This document shows, in pieces, positions 1 to 9,436 of a DNA stretch of 64,000 bases. Every line of letters begins with the position of its first letter. Position 1 is the stretch's first letter. This DNA is from a bacterium. GTDB lineage: Bacteria; Electryoneota; Electryoneia; Electryoneales; Electryoneaceae. The stretch is taken from contig JAHLLH010000008.1 in assembly GCA_020444265.1 (NCBI GenBank), positions 58,945-122,944 on the forward strand. The letters run 5' to 3'. The notes under the pieces are model-generated. The model ran no database searches and was not told where the DNA came from. It saw only the letters and a list, made by a program, of their open reading frames with translations. Position numbers and translations under genes: made by a program.

Positions 1-704
1 AGGTCCTTCTTGAGCTGGTTGTGATGGGTGACAAACGGGCGCGCGGTACCGCCTCCATAAAGCGGCTGCAAAACCGGTGATTCCACCTCGAGGAATCCGG
101 CATCATCCAAGTGCTTGCGCACGAGCTGGGTGATTTTTGCGCGGGCGCGAAAAACATCGCGCTCGTCCGGGTTGACAATCAGGTCGAGGGGACGGTTGCG
201 GTAGCGTTCGTCAGGATCGGCAAACTCATGGTACCGTTTGCCTGTTTCAGCTTCTTCTTTGACGACAGGCAATGGGCGGATGCACTTGGCAAGCGGAGTC
301 CAGGAGGTAATCTCGAGGGTCTTTTCGCCAGTCTTGGTGACCATCGCTTTGCCATGCAAGCCGATCCAGTCACCAAGGTCAACAGCATTCTTGAAGAGGG
401 AGTAGGGGGTTTCCGACCCCTCGGCACCTTCCGGGTTGATGGTGTCCCGTTTTACATAGATCTGGATCCGGCCGCTGTCGTCCTGGAGATGCGCAAAAGC
501 CGCCTTGCCCATGACACGTTTCGCCGCGAGTCGTCCCGCAAGGACTACTTCCTCGCCCTTTTCCATCAGCTCGTCGAACTGCTCGAGCAAACTCTGAACG
601 GTGTGGGTTCGCTGAAACTCGTAGGGGTAGACATCGTATCCAGCCTTGCGAAGCTGCTCGAGCTTCGTTAAACGTGCCTGGATCAGATCGTTGTGGGTTT
701 CCAT
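1..704 (-). CDS. lysS: Lysyl-tRNA synthetase (class II), 5' part only (about 234 codons); the gene runs off the left edge of the window
   Basis: Absent from the ORF track because it has no stop codon inside the window. Reverse-complement translation from ATG at 704..702 reads METHNDLIQARLTKLEQLRKAGYDVYPYEFQRTH... then ...VLAGRLAAKRVMGKAAFAHLQDDSGRIQIYV... and ends ...LYGGGTARPFVTHHNQLKKDL at position 3. This covers the LysS N-terminal helix, the OB anticodon-binding fold and the ARPF.THHN catalytic-core motif. Confidence 0.85.
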   Translation of the reverse strand, partial: METHNDLIQARLTKLEQLRKAGYDVYPYEFQRTHTVQSLLEQFDELMEKGEEVVLAGRLAAKRVMGKAAFAHLQDDSGRIQIYVKRDTINPEGAEGSETPYSLFKNAVDLGDWIGLHGKAMVTKTGEKTLEITSWTPLAKCIRPLPVVKEEAETGKRYHEFADPDERYRNRPLDLIVNPDERDVFRARAKITQLVRKHLDDAGFLEVESPVLQPLYGGGTARPFVTHHNQLKKD

Positions 705-1876
705 CCTTCGCCTTCGTAAATCCGCGGCACCCGTGGGGTCCAGCCGCATAAAATCTCGTACGCAATCGTATCCGCCCGGGTAGCCAGCTCCCAGGCACCA
801 ATAAACTCGTCGCCATCACGTCCCAGCAGGGTCACCGGCTCACCGACGGCGAATTGATCCTGTCCCGTGAAGACCATCATCTGGTCCATCGAGATGTTGC
901 CAACGATGGGGTATCGTTTCCCGCGAATCAAGACCTCGCCGCGATTGGAGAGGATGCGCGGGTAACCATCGCCATACCCCATTGGCAAAGTTGCCAGCCA
1001 GCCATCCTCCGGCGCGTTCCAGGTGTGCATATAGCCGACACCGGTCCCCTTGCGAATCCCCTTGAAATAAACAATTTCGGTCCGCATCGCCATCGCCGGC
1101 CTCAACCCAAGACCATTGTCGAGGTGCGCTCCGGGCGGGTAGCCAGCCAGGGAAATGCCGGGACGAACCATGTTGAAACGGGCGTCGGGGATGTTGAACA
1201 GCGCGGAACTGTTCGCCATGTGGACGTAGGGGAATTCTAACCCCTGCTTTTTGCAGCCGTCCAGCACATCGGTGAACTGCTCGAGTTGCTCATCAGCCAA
1301 ACTCATGTCCGGCCCTTGTGCGCGGACAAAATGGCTGAAGATGCCGACCAGCTCGATGTGCGGGAGTTTGGCGACTGACAGGGCGAAATCGACCGCACCC
1401 GAGGCACGTACCCCGATACGATTCATCCCAGTATCGATCTTGAGGTGGACGCGAGCCGTACGTCCAAGCCGAGACGCTTCCTCGCTGATCTGCTGAGCTT
1501 TATACAGGCTGCTGGCAGTAATGTCGAGGTGGTAGTCGATAAAATGTTTCGTCTGGTATCCAACCAGCCCACCGAGAATAAGAATCGGTGACTCGATGCC
1601 AGCGTGACGCATCTGCACCGCCTCCTCGAGGAAGGCGACTCCATAAAAGTCAACACCCTCGTGCGCGAGACGCAGGGCCACCGGCAGAAGGCCATGCCCG
1701 TAGGCGTTCGCCTTCAGAATCGCCATCACCTGCGCGCCAGCGGCACGTTCCCTCAACTGGGCGAGGTTGTGCGCGGTCGCATCCAGATCGACATGGAGAT
1801 AGGTCGGACGCTGACGGAACAGCGCCGGGAGACGATACCCCGCATGGGGGTCGTGCATGTCGTTCATCAGGGCCAC
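683..1876 (-). CDS. alr: Alanine racemase
   Basis: 397-aa ORF. PLP-lysine motif AILKANAYGHG, plus LPMGYGDGYPR and GNISMDQMMV blocks typical of Alr. The 3' end overlaps the lysS start by 22 nt in a different frame. Confidence 0.9.
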   Translation of the reverse strand: MALMNDMHDPHAGYRLPALFRQRPTYLHVDLDATAHNLAQLRERAAGAQVMAILKANAYGHGLLPVALRLAHEGVDFYGVAFLEEAVQMRHAGIESPILILGGLVGYQTKHFIDYHLDITASSLYKAQQISEEASRLGRTARVHLKIDTGMNRIGVRASGAVDFALSVAKLPHIELVGIFSHFVRAQGPDMSLADEQLEQFTDVLDGCKKQGLEFPYVHMANSSALFNIPDARFNMVRPGISLAGYPPGAHLDNGLGLRPAMAMRTEIVYFKGIRKGTGVGYMHTWNAPEDGWLATLPMGYGDGYPRILSNRGEVLIRGKRYPIVGNISMDQMMVFTGQDQFAVGEPVTLLGRDGDEFIGAWELATRADTIAYEILCGWTPRVPRIYEGEGWKPTTI

Positions 1877-2155
1877 GATTGGCGCCTCGGTGGTTGCTGG
1901 TACATTACCTGAACAGGGTACGGTGGTTCGGCGCCAATATACAAAGGCAACAAGCCTTTCGCTTAAGGCTGGCGGAAAGGTGATAGCGTGCTGGAGGTGG
2001 TACAGTCTGTACGATTACGGACAGTTGATGCACGGAGGCGGTCGATCTTCAGCTATTCCATCCTGTATTGGAACTGGAAATGCAGCAACAGCAACACTAG
2101 CCGCTATGGCACAGCGGTTGCAAATTAACCCCTATTGTCTACCCAGGGAGAATCC

Positions 2156-4573
2156 ATGTGGCGTAACAACCTGAAAATAGCACTTCGTTCTCTGCTGAGG
2201 ACTCGTACCTACAGCCTGATAAACCTGGTTGGCTTGGCCATCGGTATGGCGATCCTCTTGATCGTCGTTCAATATGTCCGGCACGAATTGTCCTTCGACA
2301 AACAATGGACCAATGGGGACAGGATCGCCCGAGTCTTGTACCGTGCGGAACGTCCTTCCGGTGAAATACGCTGGATGACAGCCATCCCGGATAATTTCAG
2401 CGATATCGCACTCCCGCAAATCCCCGGCATCGAAGCAGCAAGCCGACTCACCAGCATGGACGTGCAAATCTTTCGACCGGAGCAGGTCCTGCGTGGGGAG
2501 GTCACCTTTGTTGAACCGGGCTATTTCGACATGCTTCTGCCCAAATTTGTCAAAGGCAATCAGAACACCCCCTTTCCAGGGGTGGACAATGTTGTCCTGA
2601 CCGAATCTGGTGCGAAACGTTACTTCGGAGATGTCAACCCCATTGGTAAGCTGCTGGATATGAGCCTGTTCGATGTACGCAGGCCGATGCTTGTCACTGC
2701 GGTGATCGAGGACATTCCTGCGAACAGCCGACTGGAGTGTGAGATCCTCGCACCATACAGCATTTTTTATGAGAACGCCTGGGAGGAGAAGGGCAAAAGG
2801 TTATGGAGTGTGGTTTCCTCGGTCCTCTTTGTCATGGTCGAGGAGGGGACAACGTTTGAGCAGGTGCAGGATCGAATCCCTTCGGTGAAAGTCGAATTTG
2901 ACGATAATATCCCCTGGGGCGCTCGATTTGAAAAATACCGCCTGCAGGCATTAACCGATGTCCATGTTATGCTGAATAACCCTGGTGCTTTCCCGACGGA
3001 CACCTCCGCTCGAGCGCTGACCATCTTGATCATGATTGGACTGGTTATCCTGCTGCTCGCATGTGTGAATTTTACGACCCTTTCAATCGGTCAGGCTGTA
3101 ACCCGGTTGCGTGAAGTGGGAGTTCGCAAAGTCCTGGGGGCCAGACGGGTGGATTTGACACGCCAGTTCTGGACCGAGACAGCACTCATCGCTTTTCTTG
3201 CCTTGCTTGTCGCGATTCCACTGGTCGAGCTGATCCTGCCCGGATTTCGCACTCTTTCTGGCGCGCAAGTTAAGCTCTGGTCTGATCCGGTTGTTCCCCT
3301 TGTACTTGCTGGGGTCTGGTTGATCACAGTCCTGTTCGCCGGGGCCTATCCTTCTGTGGCCATGTCCAGATTTACCATCGTTTCCGCGATCAAGGGGGAA
3401 GAGAAGGTTGGTGGACGGGGTGCACTACGGCGGACTCTCGTATTTTTTCAGCTAAGTGTAGCCATTGGGCTGCTTACCTCAACATTTGTCATGGTCAACC
3501 AGATGCGCTTCGTCCAACGGCGCGACCTTGGGTTTAACGGCGACCAGGTGGTGATCCTGGATGCAACCACTGATGAGGGATTATCCACCCAAGCGGCAGA
3601 ACTCTTGCGCAATGAGTTGTCCGGTGATCCGGATGTTCTGGCGATCAGCGAAGCAGACTGCAGCTTTGAGACGAAATGGTCCCGCATGGGTTGGGGCGAT
3701 GTCGAAGCGGTCAAGGACATTCATATCTACTACAATGGGGTTGAACCCCAGTTCAAGGATGTGATGCAGCTTGAGATGGCCGCTGGACGCTGGTTCCGCA
3801 AGGGCGACGAATCGGACAGGACAGGGAGTGTGGTTCTCAATGAGACGCTCGCGGGATTGCTGGGTGGTCTTGATATCGTAGGGAAAACCTTCCCCGATAT
3901 GTTCGGTGAGGCAACGGTGATTGGAGTTGTGAAGGACTTTCACTTCCATGACCTGACCAACGAGATCGAACCGTTGATCTTCGCCGGTGAATGGGGGGTA
4001 GTTGATGGGTTCAACACGCTCTGGTTCGAACAGAGTCAAGGTTGGGTCTATCTCCGTCTATCGGGCACAGATATCCCTGGGACGATGACACGGTTGCGGA
4101 ACGCTTGGGAGACTACACTGCCCCAGGCCGAGTTCAACTACCGTTTCCTCCTGGATGAAATCGATGAGCAGTATCGTGATGTGGCACGGTGGAACCGCAT
4201 CATGTCCATTTCGACAGGTCTCGCGATCCTGATCTCTGTCCTGGGGTTGATCGGGATTTCGGCAATGCAGGTTGCCCGACGGACCCGTGAAATCGGCATC
4301 CGAAAAGTACTTGGCGCGTCTCTGCCGAATCTGCTTCGAATGCTCTCGCGCGAGGTCCTGGTGCTGGTGGCGTTGGCCAATTTGATTGCCTGGCCTGTCG
4401 CCTGGTGGGCGATGAACAACTGGCTGCAAAATTTCGCCTATCGAATCCCGCTCAATTGGCAGCCTTTTGCGGGGGCGGGCGTGCTAGTCCTTACGGTCGC
4501 ATTGGTGACTGTCAGCCTGCTCTCGATCCGTGTTGCCAGCATCAATCCGGTCAACACACTTCGCAGCGAGTAA
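2156..4573 (+). CDS. MacB/FtsX-family ABC transporter permease (duplicated FtsX module with large extracytoplasmic domains); no ATPase gene adjacent
   Basis: The N-terminus MWRNNLKIALRSLLRTRTYSLINLVGLAIGMA is the typical start of about 800-aa FtsX-type permeases. There are two blocks of 4 TM helices, each followed by REIG(I/V)RKVLGA. I prefer ATG 2156 (GGGAGA 6 nt upstream) over the TTG at 2135 used by the ORF track. Confidence 0.8.
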   Translation: MWRNNLKIALRSLLRTRTYSLINLVGLAIGMAILLIVVQYVRHELSFDKQWTNGDRIARVLYRAERPSGEIRWMTAIPDNFSDIALPQIPGIEAASRLTSMDVQIFRPEQVLRGEVTFVEPGYFDMLLPKFVKGNQNTPFPGVDNVVLTESGAKRYFGDVNPIGKLLDMSLFDVRRPMLVTAVIEDIPANSRLECEILAPYSIFYENAWEEKGKRLWSVVSSVLFVMVEEGTTFEQVQDRIPSVKVEFDDNIPWGARFEKYRLQALTDVHVMLNNPGAFPTDTSARALTILIMIGLVILLLACVNFTTLSIGQAVTRLREVGVRKVLGARRVDLTRQFWTETALIAFLALLVAIPLVELILPGFRTLSGAQVKLWSDPVVPLVLAGVWLITVLFAGAYPSVAMSRFTIVSAIKGEEKVGGRGALRRTLVFFQLSVAIGLLTSTFVMVNQMRFVQRRDLGFNGDQVVILDATTDEGLSTQAAELLRNELSGDPDVLAISEADCSFETKWSRMGWGDVEAVKDIHIYYNGVEPQFKDVMQLEMAAGRWFRKGDESDRTGSVVLNETLAGLLGGLDIVGKTFPDMFGEATVIGVVKDFHFHDLTNEIEPLIFAGEWGVVDGFNTLWFEQSQGWVYLRLSGTDIPGTMTRLRNAWETTLPQAEFNYRFLLDEIDEQYRDVARWNRIMSISTGLAILISVLGLIGISAMQVARRTREIGIRKVLGASLPNLLRMLSREVLVLVALANLIAWPVAWWAMNNWLQNFAYRIPLNWQPFAGAGVLVLTVALVTVSLLSIRVASINPVNTLRSE

Positions 4574-4594
4574 CTGAGTTCGCACCTGCACAAA

Positions 4595-4634
4595 ACGCGC
4601 CCGAACCGCCTGGTTCGGGCGCGTCTCATTTTTA
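4595..4634. terminator. Bidirectional intrinsic terminator between convergent genes
   Basis: ACGCGCCCGAACC-gcct-GGTTCGGGCGCGT forms a 13-bp GC-rich stem, followed by CTCATTTTTAT. It lies between the permease stop (4573) and the stop of the minus-strand gene at 4646. Confidence 0.65.
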
Positions 4635-4645
4635 TGCGTCAACGT

Positions 4646-6901
4646 TTACTTGATCAGGGTGATGCGACGTGCGGCAACCTCCCCACCTGGACCTTCCATC
4701 CGAAGGAAGTACTGCCCTCCAGAAAGAGATTCGAGCTGAAGGCTGTGATGATGCAGCCCGCTCTGGCCCACATGAACCTGATGCGCATAGACTCGCTGCC
4801 CGAGCAGATTGAACAGTTCCATCTTCACAAGTCCCGCAGCGGGAAAAGCGAGAGTAACCGTCGTCTGCCCATTGAAGGGGTTGGGGTAGATGTTTTCGAT
4901 GGCGAACCGGTATGGGAGGTTGCTCGCTCGTTCTTCCTCGATAGACATCTCTGGTCGGTCGAGACGGAAGGTGTAGAAACGGTTGCTCGAGCAGGCGAAG
5001 AGATGGTCCGGGCTCGGTCCAAAATAGGTTAGTCCTGAGTCGATGATACTCGTCATTATTACCGGAAATTGAGGCTGGCGGTAGTCGAAGAGGGTTAGTT
5101 CACCGGATGATGAAACGGTCCCCATCCAGTCTTGGCCGAGTAAGAAGTCCGCCTCTTCCGCATCCGGTGCGGGAAGGCTGGAGAGGAGACGAATGTCCGT
5201 GGGGTCCGAGATATCGAAGCTGCGGTAGTTTGGCGAACCGGATGCCAGCAGTACATTCCCTTCGGCATGGAGGTCGTATATGTTGCCCGACTCGAGAGAT
5301 TCAGCCACTTCTTCAGCGCCATGGGCCAGATCATACGTCCTCAGAACCGCCAGCGGTTGGACCACGAATAGGTAGTCCCCTGAGATCGTGGCTGAACGGA
5401 TGTCGGACATCGTCATCGGAATGTGGATACTGTGCAGCATGCTGGGCGGAAAGCTCTCGGTCGAATAGACCTGCAAGCTGTCGTTGACTGTCCAATGCAA
5501 CAGATAGTCTCCCTCCCCGGCAAGCATCGGAAAGTCACCAAATGCCCGGAATCTAAATTGGTCCCATTCGCCGAGTGCTTCCGGGTTCAACGGGTCGCTG
5601 TAGTCGATACCCACGGCATAACTTGTGACATGCTGGAAGGGCTGCACTAACAGCACATTTCCATATGCAAGGGCGTGCTCGATTTGCCCGATTGGAAAAG
5701 AGCTGAGTTCAATCGGTACGCTGGGATCGCTCACGTCGACACACCGAATGTTCCAGCTATCGTAGAAGTAAACAAGATTGCGTGCCTTGTCTACAGTCAA
5801 AGGGCTGAGCCGTGAGTTTGTGACGGAGGTCAGTGAATCAGGTACGCCCTCTCCATCATCTTCATAGAGCATCACCCCTGCGACATCATCACTCACGACC
5901 ATCTTGCCATTGTTAAAAGTGATACCATCCACGTTGTGTGCACGGGTATAGCCCAGGTAGATGGGAATTCCATCCTCGTCCAGCGGATAATAATGGATAA
6001 CGCCGCTTCCACCATCACTGTGGATAAAGCGTTGATTTTGTACCTGGCCATAGTGATTGTAGAAATGGTCGCTGTGGGCAAACTGGATGTCCAGGATTTC
6101 CAGCTCTTCAGGATTGCTGGCATCTAGGGTGAGGAGTGATGACTGATACATCATCTCTTCCTCATAAGCGATTCCCCAATACAACCGCAAATCGCCTTCG
6201 CTGGTCAGGAAAATATCACAAGGCTTGCTCTGGTTGATATGCTCGAAGCCGGTATCTGGCAACTCAAGGGATATCTGGACAGGAGCGTCCGGATCGCTTA
6301 AATCGATCAAGGTGTGTTGATCAAAGTAACTGCTGACAAGCAAGTAGGAGCCGGCAAAAGAAAAGTGGGGATGGTAAACCATGGGATTTGTGATGATCGA
6401 ATGGATAGCCATCGATGTAGGGGTGGCGATGTCGATGATGACAATCGCGTCCTGGTTGGTTTCCCAGTTATAACCGATGTAACAGGCGAGCCCACCTCCC
6501 AATCCGATTTTAATGTCCACGGGCGTTATGGTTACAGGTAGGGTACCAACCACAGTCAGGTATTCGGAATTGCTGGCGTCATAAGCTGTAAACGTATTCC
6601 CGGTAAAGCTGAAGAGGGTAGTTCCCCAGGCAGCTAGTCCGAAAAAACCGGCCTCCAGGCTATCGCTTCGCAGGAAGGATGGTGACGTGGGCTCGGAGAT
6701 GTCGTAGACATGCAGCACGCCAATCCCCTCGGATTGTCGTCCGCTGATATACAATTGGTCTCCGACAACAACCGACGGGCTGTCGCTTTCAAAAATCGGC
6801 AGATCATAGAGCATGCCAAGTTCGGTCACTTCTACTTGGGCTTGTAGAAGACGCGGAAAGGCGAAGATCAGCAATATGAGTAGAAGAACATTGTATCGCA
6901 T
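4646..6901 (-). CDS. Secreted LVIVD-repeat beta-propeller protein with T9SS C-terminal sorting domain
   Basis: Signal peptide MRYNVLLLILLIFAFPRLLQAQ (ATG 6901; the ORF-track start 6928 adds 9 aa). The motif x-[VI]-D-[IVL]-S-D-P-x-x-P recurs: LHVYDISEPTSPSFL, LIDLSDPDAPVQ, RCVDVSDPSVPIE, GIDYSDPLNPEA, SFDISDPTDIRLL. The C-terminus NIYPNPFNGQTTVTLAFPAAGLVKMELFNLLGQRV matches the Por/T9SS type A sorting domain pattern. Confidence 0.8.
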   Translation of the reverse strand: MRYNVLLLILLIFAFPRLLQAQVEVTELGMLYDLPIFESDSPSVVVGDQLYISGRQSEGIGVLHVYDISEPTSPSFLRSDSLEAGFFGLAAWGTTLFSFTGNTFTAYDASNSEYLTVVGTLPVTITPVDIKIGLGGGLACYIGYNWETNQDAIVIIDIATPTSMAIHSIITNPMVYHPHFSFAGSYLLVSSYFDQHTLIDLSDPDAPVQISLELPDTGFEHINQSKPCDIFLTSEGDLRLYWGIAYEEEMMYQSSLLTLDASNPEELEILDIQFAHSDHFYNHYGQVQNQRFIHSDGGSGVIHYYPLDEDGIPIYLGYTRAHNVDGITFNNGKMVVSDDVAGVMLYEDDGEGVPDSLTSVTNSRLSPLTVDKARNLVYFYDSWNIRCVDVSDPSVPIELSSFPIGQIEHALAYGNVLLVQPFQHVTSYAVGIDYSDPLNPEALGEWDQFRFRAFGDFPMLAGEGDYLLHWTVNDSLQVYSTESFPPSMLHSIHIPMTMSDIRSATISGDYLFVVQPLAVLRTYDLAHGAEEVAESLESGNIYDLHAEGNVLLASGSPNYRSFDISDPTDIRLLSSLPAPDAEEADFLLGQDWMGTVSSSGELTLFDYRQPQFPVIMTSIIDSGLTYFGPSPDHLFACSSNRFYTFRLDRPEMSIEEERASNLPYRFAIENIYPNPFNGQTTVTLAFPAAGLVKMELFNLLGQRVYAHQVHVGQSGLHHHSLQLESLSGGQYFLRMEGPGGEVAARRITLIK

Positions 6902-6994
6902 TGTGCCCCCCATTCTAATAAGAAACAAGAGGAGTGGATTATTATGGATACGAGCAATGTACGATTGTGGACTCGAAAATGCGAAGGTGGAACT

Positions 6995-9217
6995 CTACCG
7001 TACCAAGGTAATCCGCTGAGTCGCAGATGCTCCCTTCGTGTCCGAAGCTCTCAAGAAATAGGTACCAGACGATAGCTGTTCCAGTTGCAGCGGAAGCACG
7101 AATCGTCCGGCTAGCTGTCTCCGTTCCTGCCTTGTGACTTCACGCCCGAGCAGATCGAAGAGCGACAGGGTCAACAAGCCATCCTGTGGAATTGTGAGGA
7201 CAACTGTTGCCTGCCCGTTAAATGGGTTGGGGTAGACTTTCTCGATAGTGAAGCTGGAGGGAATAGAGGAGCTGCCATCCCCAAATCCGGCCTGTAAACG
7301 CTGAAGCTGATAGAGGCTGATGGTATGGGCGGAGATGGTGATGATGTGGTCCCTTGTCCCGGAGAAGGGGCTGCCGTCCTCGCCGAAGAGAAGGCTGGTA
7401 TGGGGCGCCGGGAAGGTGGCATCGGTGTCGAAGAAGGTGGAAATGCCCCGTGATTCAACACTGACCCAGCCAGGACCGCTCCAGCACTCGCCATGGTATG
7501 GAAGCGGCATGTCTCCTGCGAGGAAGGGATTGGCCTCGTCAGAGGGATCCACCTTCAGCAGCACGTCACGAGACCGTACCAATATGTACTCATTTTTCCA
7601 ACTGACACGATTCAGATCTACGAAGGGGAGGATCAATGTGCTCAGAAGCTGGGGGCCGAATGGGTTGACGATATCGTAGAGGCGGAGCTCTGATTGTGGG
7701 AGCAGCACCGCCAGAATATCTCCCCGAAGCGCAACACTGAGCGGAGGTGGCTCGCCAATGATTCGCAACGTGGCGACAGGCTGTGGTGGATGGGTGAAGC
7801 TGCTGTACACATGAATCTCGCCAGAGGGCTCGATCTTGACGAGCCGATCCCCTTCGCTGGCGGGAAAGAGATCACCGGGGAAGACCGGAACCCTGGGCAT
7901 CCAAGGGGACATCTCACTGGGGATGGCAGGGTTGTTCGTGTTGATAACGAAGATGGTGTCCCCGCTGGTCCAGTGGTAAAGACGGTTCCCGGACACGCAG
8001 ACCTGTTGCCGGATTTCAATCGGTGATGCATTCAACTCTTCGAACCAACCATCCAACTGCTGATGAACTGCCACCGTACGAAGTAATTCGCCATCGTGGA
8101 GGAATAACAGGTTTCGGCTTGGGTCAAAGGCGAGCGGACGCAGTTCTCGTCCCTCGATCGGCGCGAATTCGATGGGACTCGAAGGGGAGCTCAGATTGTA
8201 GCGGCGAATGGGGGATTCGAGATGGTTTGTCAGGAAAAAACCATAGTTGCTGTCGACAATCTCATTCAGCAACCCTTGGAGGCTACCGACAAAGCTCGGG
8301 TTTTCGTTCCCCTGAAGCTGGTACATATCGGTCATGCCCAGCGAGGTCGGTACAAACAGGATATCGTCCAGCAGACGTGACGGCAAGCTGGGCAGGAGGT
8401 CGCGTGTCACCTGCGCGGAACCGATGGTGTCCGGTGCTTCGGGGTTGGCAACTTCCAGGGTCAGGATCTGGTCAAGCTCGTTGGTCCGTTCAATGTGGTA
8501 GTAAAGATTGACCCCATCGAGGCCGATACCGGCAGCCAACAAGATTGAGTGGCCAGGGTTGTCCGATTCTACGGTACCAAGTTGGAGCGGGTTGGCCGGA
8601 TCGGTGATGTCCAAGATCGAGGTTTCATCATCGATCTCGAAGATGAGAAGATTTTCGACAATGGACAAGCCACGAGGAAGACCATCAACTGGCATTTCAG
8701 TCAGTAGCTGTGGACTGCTGAAATCATCCATGCTGATCAGCAGGAGATCGTAGGTTTGCGAAGCGGGATGATCGACCAGGCTGATAATCGTTGTGCCGCT
8801 TACCCAGCTGCTCAGGAAACGCATGCCCTCGTGGCCGGAATAGGAGGAGAGCAGGTTCAGGTTGTTCGAATTATGAGTACCGTAGATACGAATGGCCTGA
8901 TCGCTGGTGGAGAGCAGGTAATTTCCGAAATTCGTCAGGTCGTTCACCGCTTCTTCGAGGGGGAGCGTGGTGACAACCTGAGCGGGGTTGGTCCGTGTGT
9001 CGACAACCAACATACTCGGCCCCTGCCAGGGCGACTCCAGGCCAACATAGAGGTGGTCGCCGGAGACTGCGATGGACTTCTCGGTCGGCATGTACGTGAA
9101 ATTGTACAGGTGGTCCTGCGGCTGGAGGGCAAGGCTATCCTGTGCGGATGCAGCGCCTGGAAGAAGCACGACAAGCACCCAAAAGAAAACAATGCCAAGT
9201 TTGATTGGACGGCTCAT
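6995..9217 (-). CDS. Secreted LVIVD-repeat protein with T9SS C-terminal sorting domain (paralog of 4646..6901)
   Basis: Signal peptide MSRPIKLGIVFFWVLVVLLPGAASAQ from ATG 9217, with GGAGGGGA upstream. The ORF-track start 9334 adds 39 unlikely residues. Repeats: SILDITDPANPLQ, TLEVANPEAPD, YNLSSPSSPIE, VINTNNPAIPSE, LYDIVNPFGPQ. C-terminus KVYPNPFNGQATVVLTIPQDGLLTLSLFDLLGREV. Confidence 0.8.
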   Translation of the reverse strand: MSRPIKLGIVFFWVLVVLLPGAASAQDSLALQPQDHLYNFTYMPTEKSIAVSGDHLYVGLESPWQGPSMLVVDTRTNPAQVVTTLPLEEAVNDLTNFGNYLLSTSDQAIRIYGTHNSNNLNLLSSYSGHEGMRFLSSWVSGTTIISLVDHPASQTYDLLLISMDDFSSPQLLTEMPVDGLPRGLSIVENLLIFEIDDETSILDITDPANPLQLGTVESDNPGHSILLAAGIGLDGVNLYYHIERTNELDQILTLEVANPEAPDTIGSAQVTRDLLPSLPSRLLDDILFVPTSLGMTDMYQLQGNENPSFVGSLQGLLNEIVDSNYGFFLTNHLESPIRRYNLSSPSSPIEFAPIEGRELRPLAFDPSRNLLFLHDGELLRTVAVHQQLDGWFEELNASPIEIRQQVCVSGNRLYHWTSGDTIFVINTNNPAIPSEMSPWMPRVPVFPGDLFPASEGDRLVKIEPSGEIHVYSSFTHPPQPVATLRIIGEPPPLSVALRGDILAVLLPQSELRLYDIVNPFGPQLLSTLILPFVDLNRVSWKNEYILVRSRDVLLKVDPSDEANPFLAGDMPLPYHGECWSGPGWVSVESRGISTFFDTDATFPAPHTSLLFGEDGSPFSGTRDHIITISAHTISLYQLQRLQAGFGDGSSSIPSSFTIEKVYPNPFNGQATVVLTIPQDGLLTLSLFDLLGREVTRQERRQLAGRFVLPLQLEQLSSGTYFLRASDTKGASATQRITLVR

Positions 9218-9383
9218 CAATCCCCTCCTGCCCGGGCCAGCGGAAATGGGGGGAGGAGGAATTCCGCATGTCTGGATAGTTGGCCCGAATCCGAAGCCGG
9301 CTACTTGCGTGAAGGTAGGGTTTTGCTCATCCATTCAACAGGGAGATAGTCGATTTTCTCGTTTTTCGTGTTGATACGAGAGC

Positions 9384-9410
9384 GAAAAAGGCCCGGTTGC
9401 AAACCGGGCC
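9384..9410 (-). terminator. Intrinsic terminator downstream of prfB
   Basis: On the minus strand, GGCCCGGTT-tgc-AACCGGGCC is followed by TTTTTCG. It sits 27 nt after the prfB stop. Confidence 0.65.
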
Positions 9411-9436
9411 TTTCGGATCAATCGTGCCTGAATCAA

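Noticed and set aside
6995-9334. N-terminal extensions in the ORF track (also at 4646..6928, 11214, 13921, 16058, 23066, 27393, 34365, 43996, 44723, 49871, 58169, 60823, 61310)
   Set aside because: The extensions precede obvious signal peptides or conserved N-termini, lack an RBS, and often overlap the upstream gene. Internal ATG or GTG starts with purine-rich RBS were preferred.
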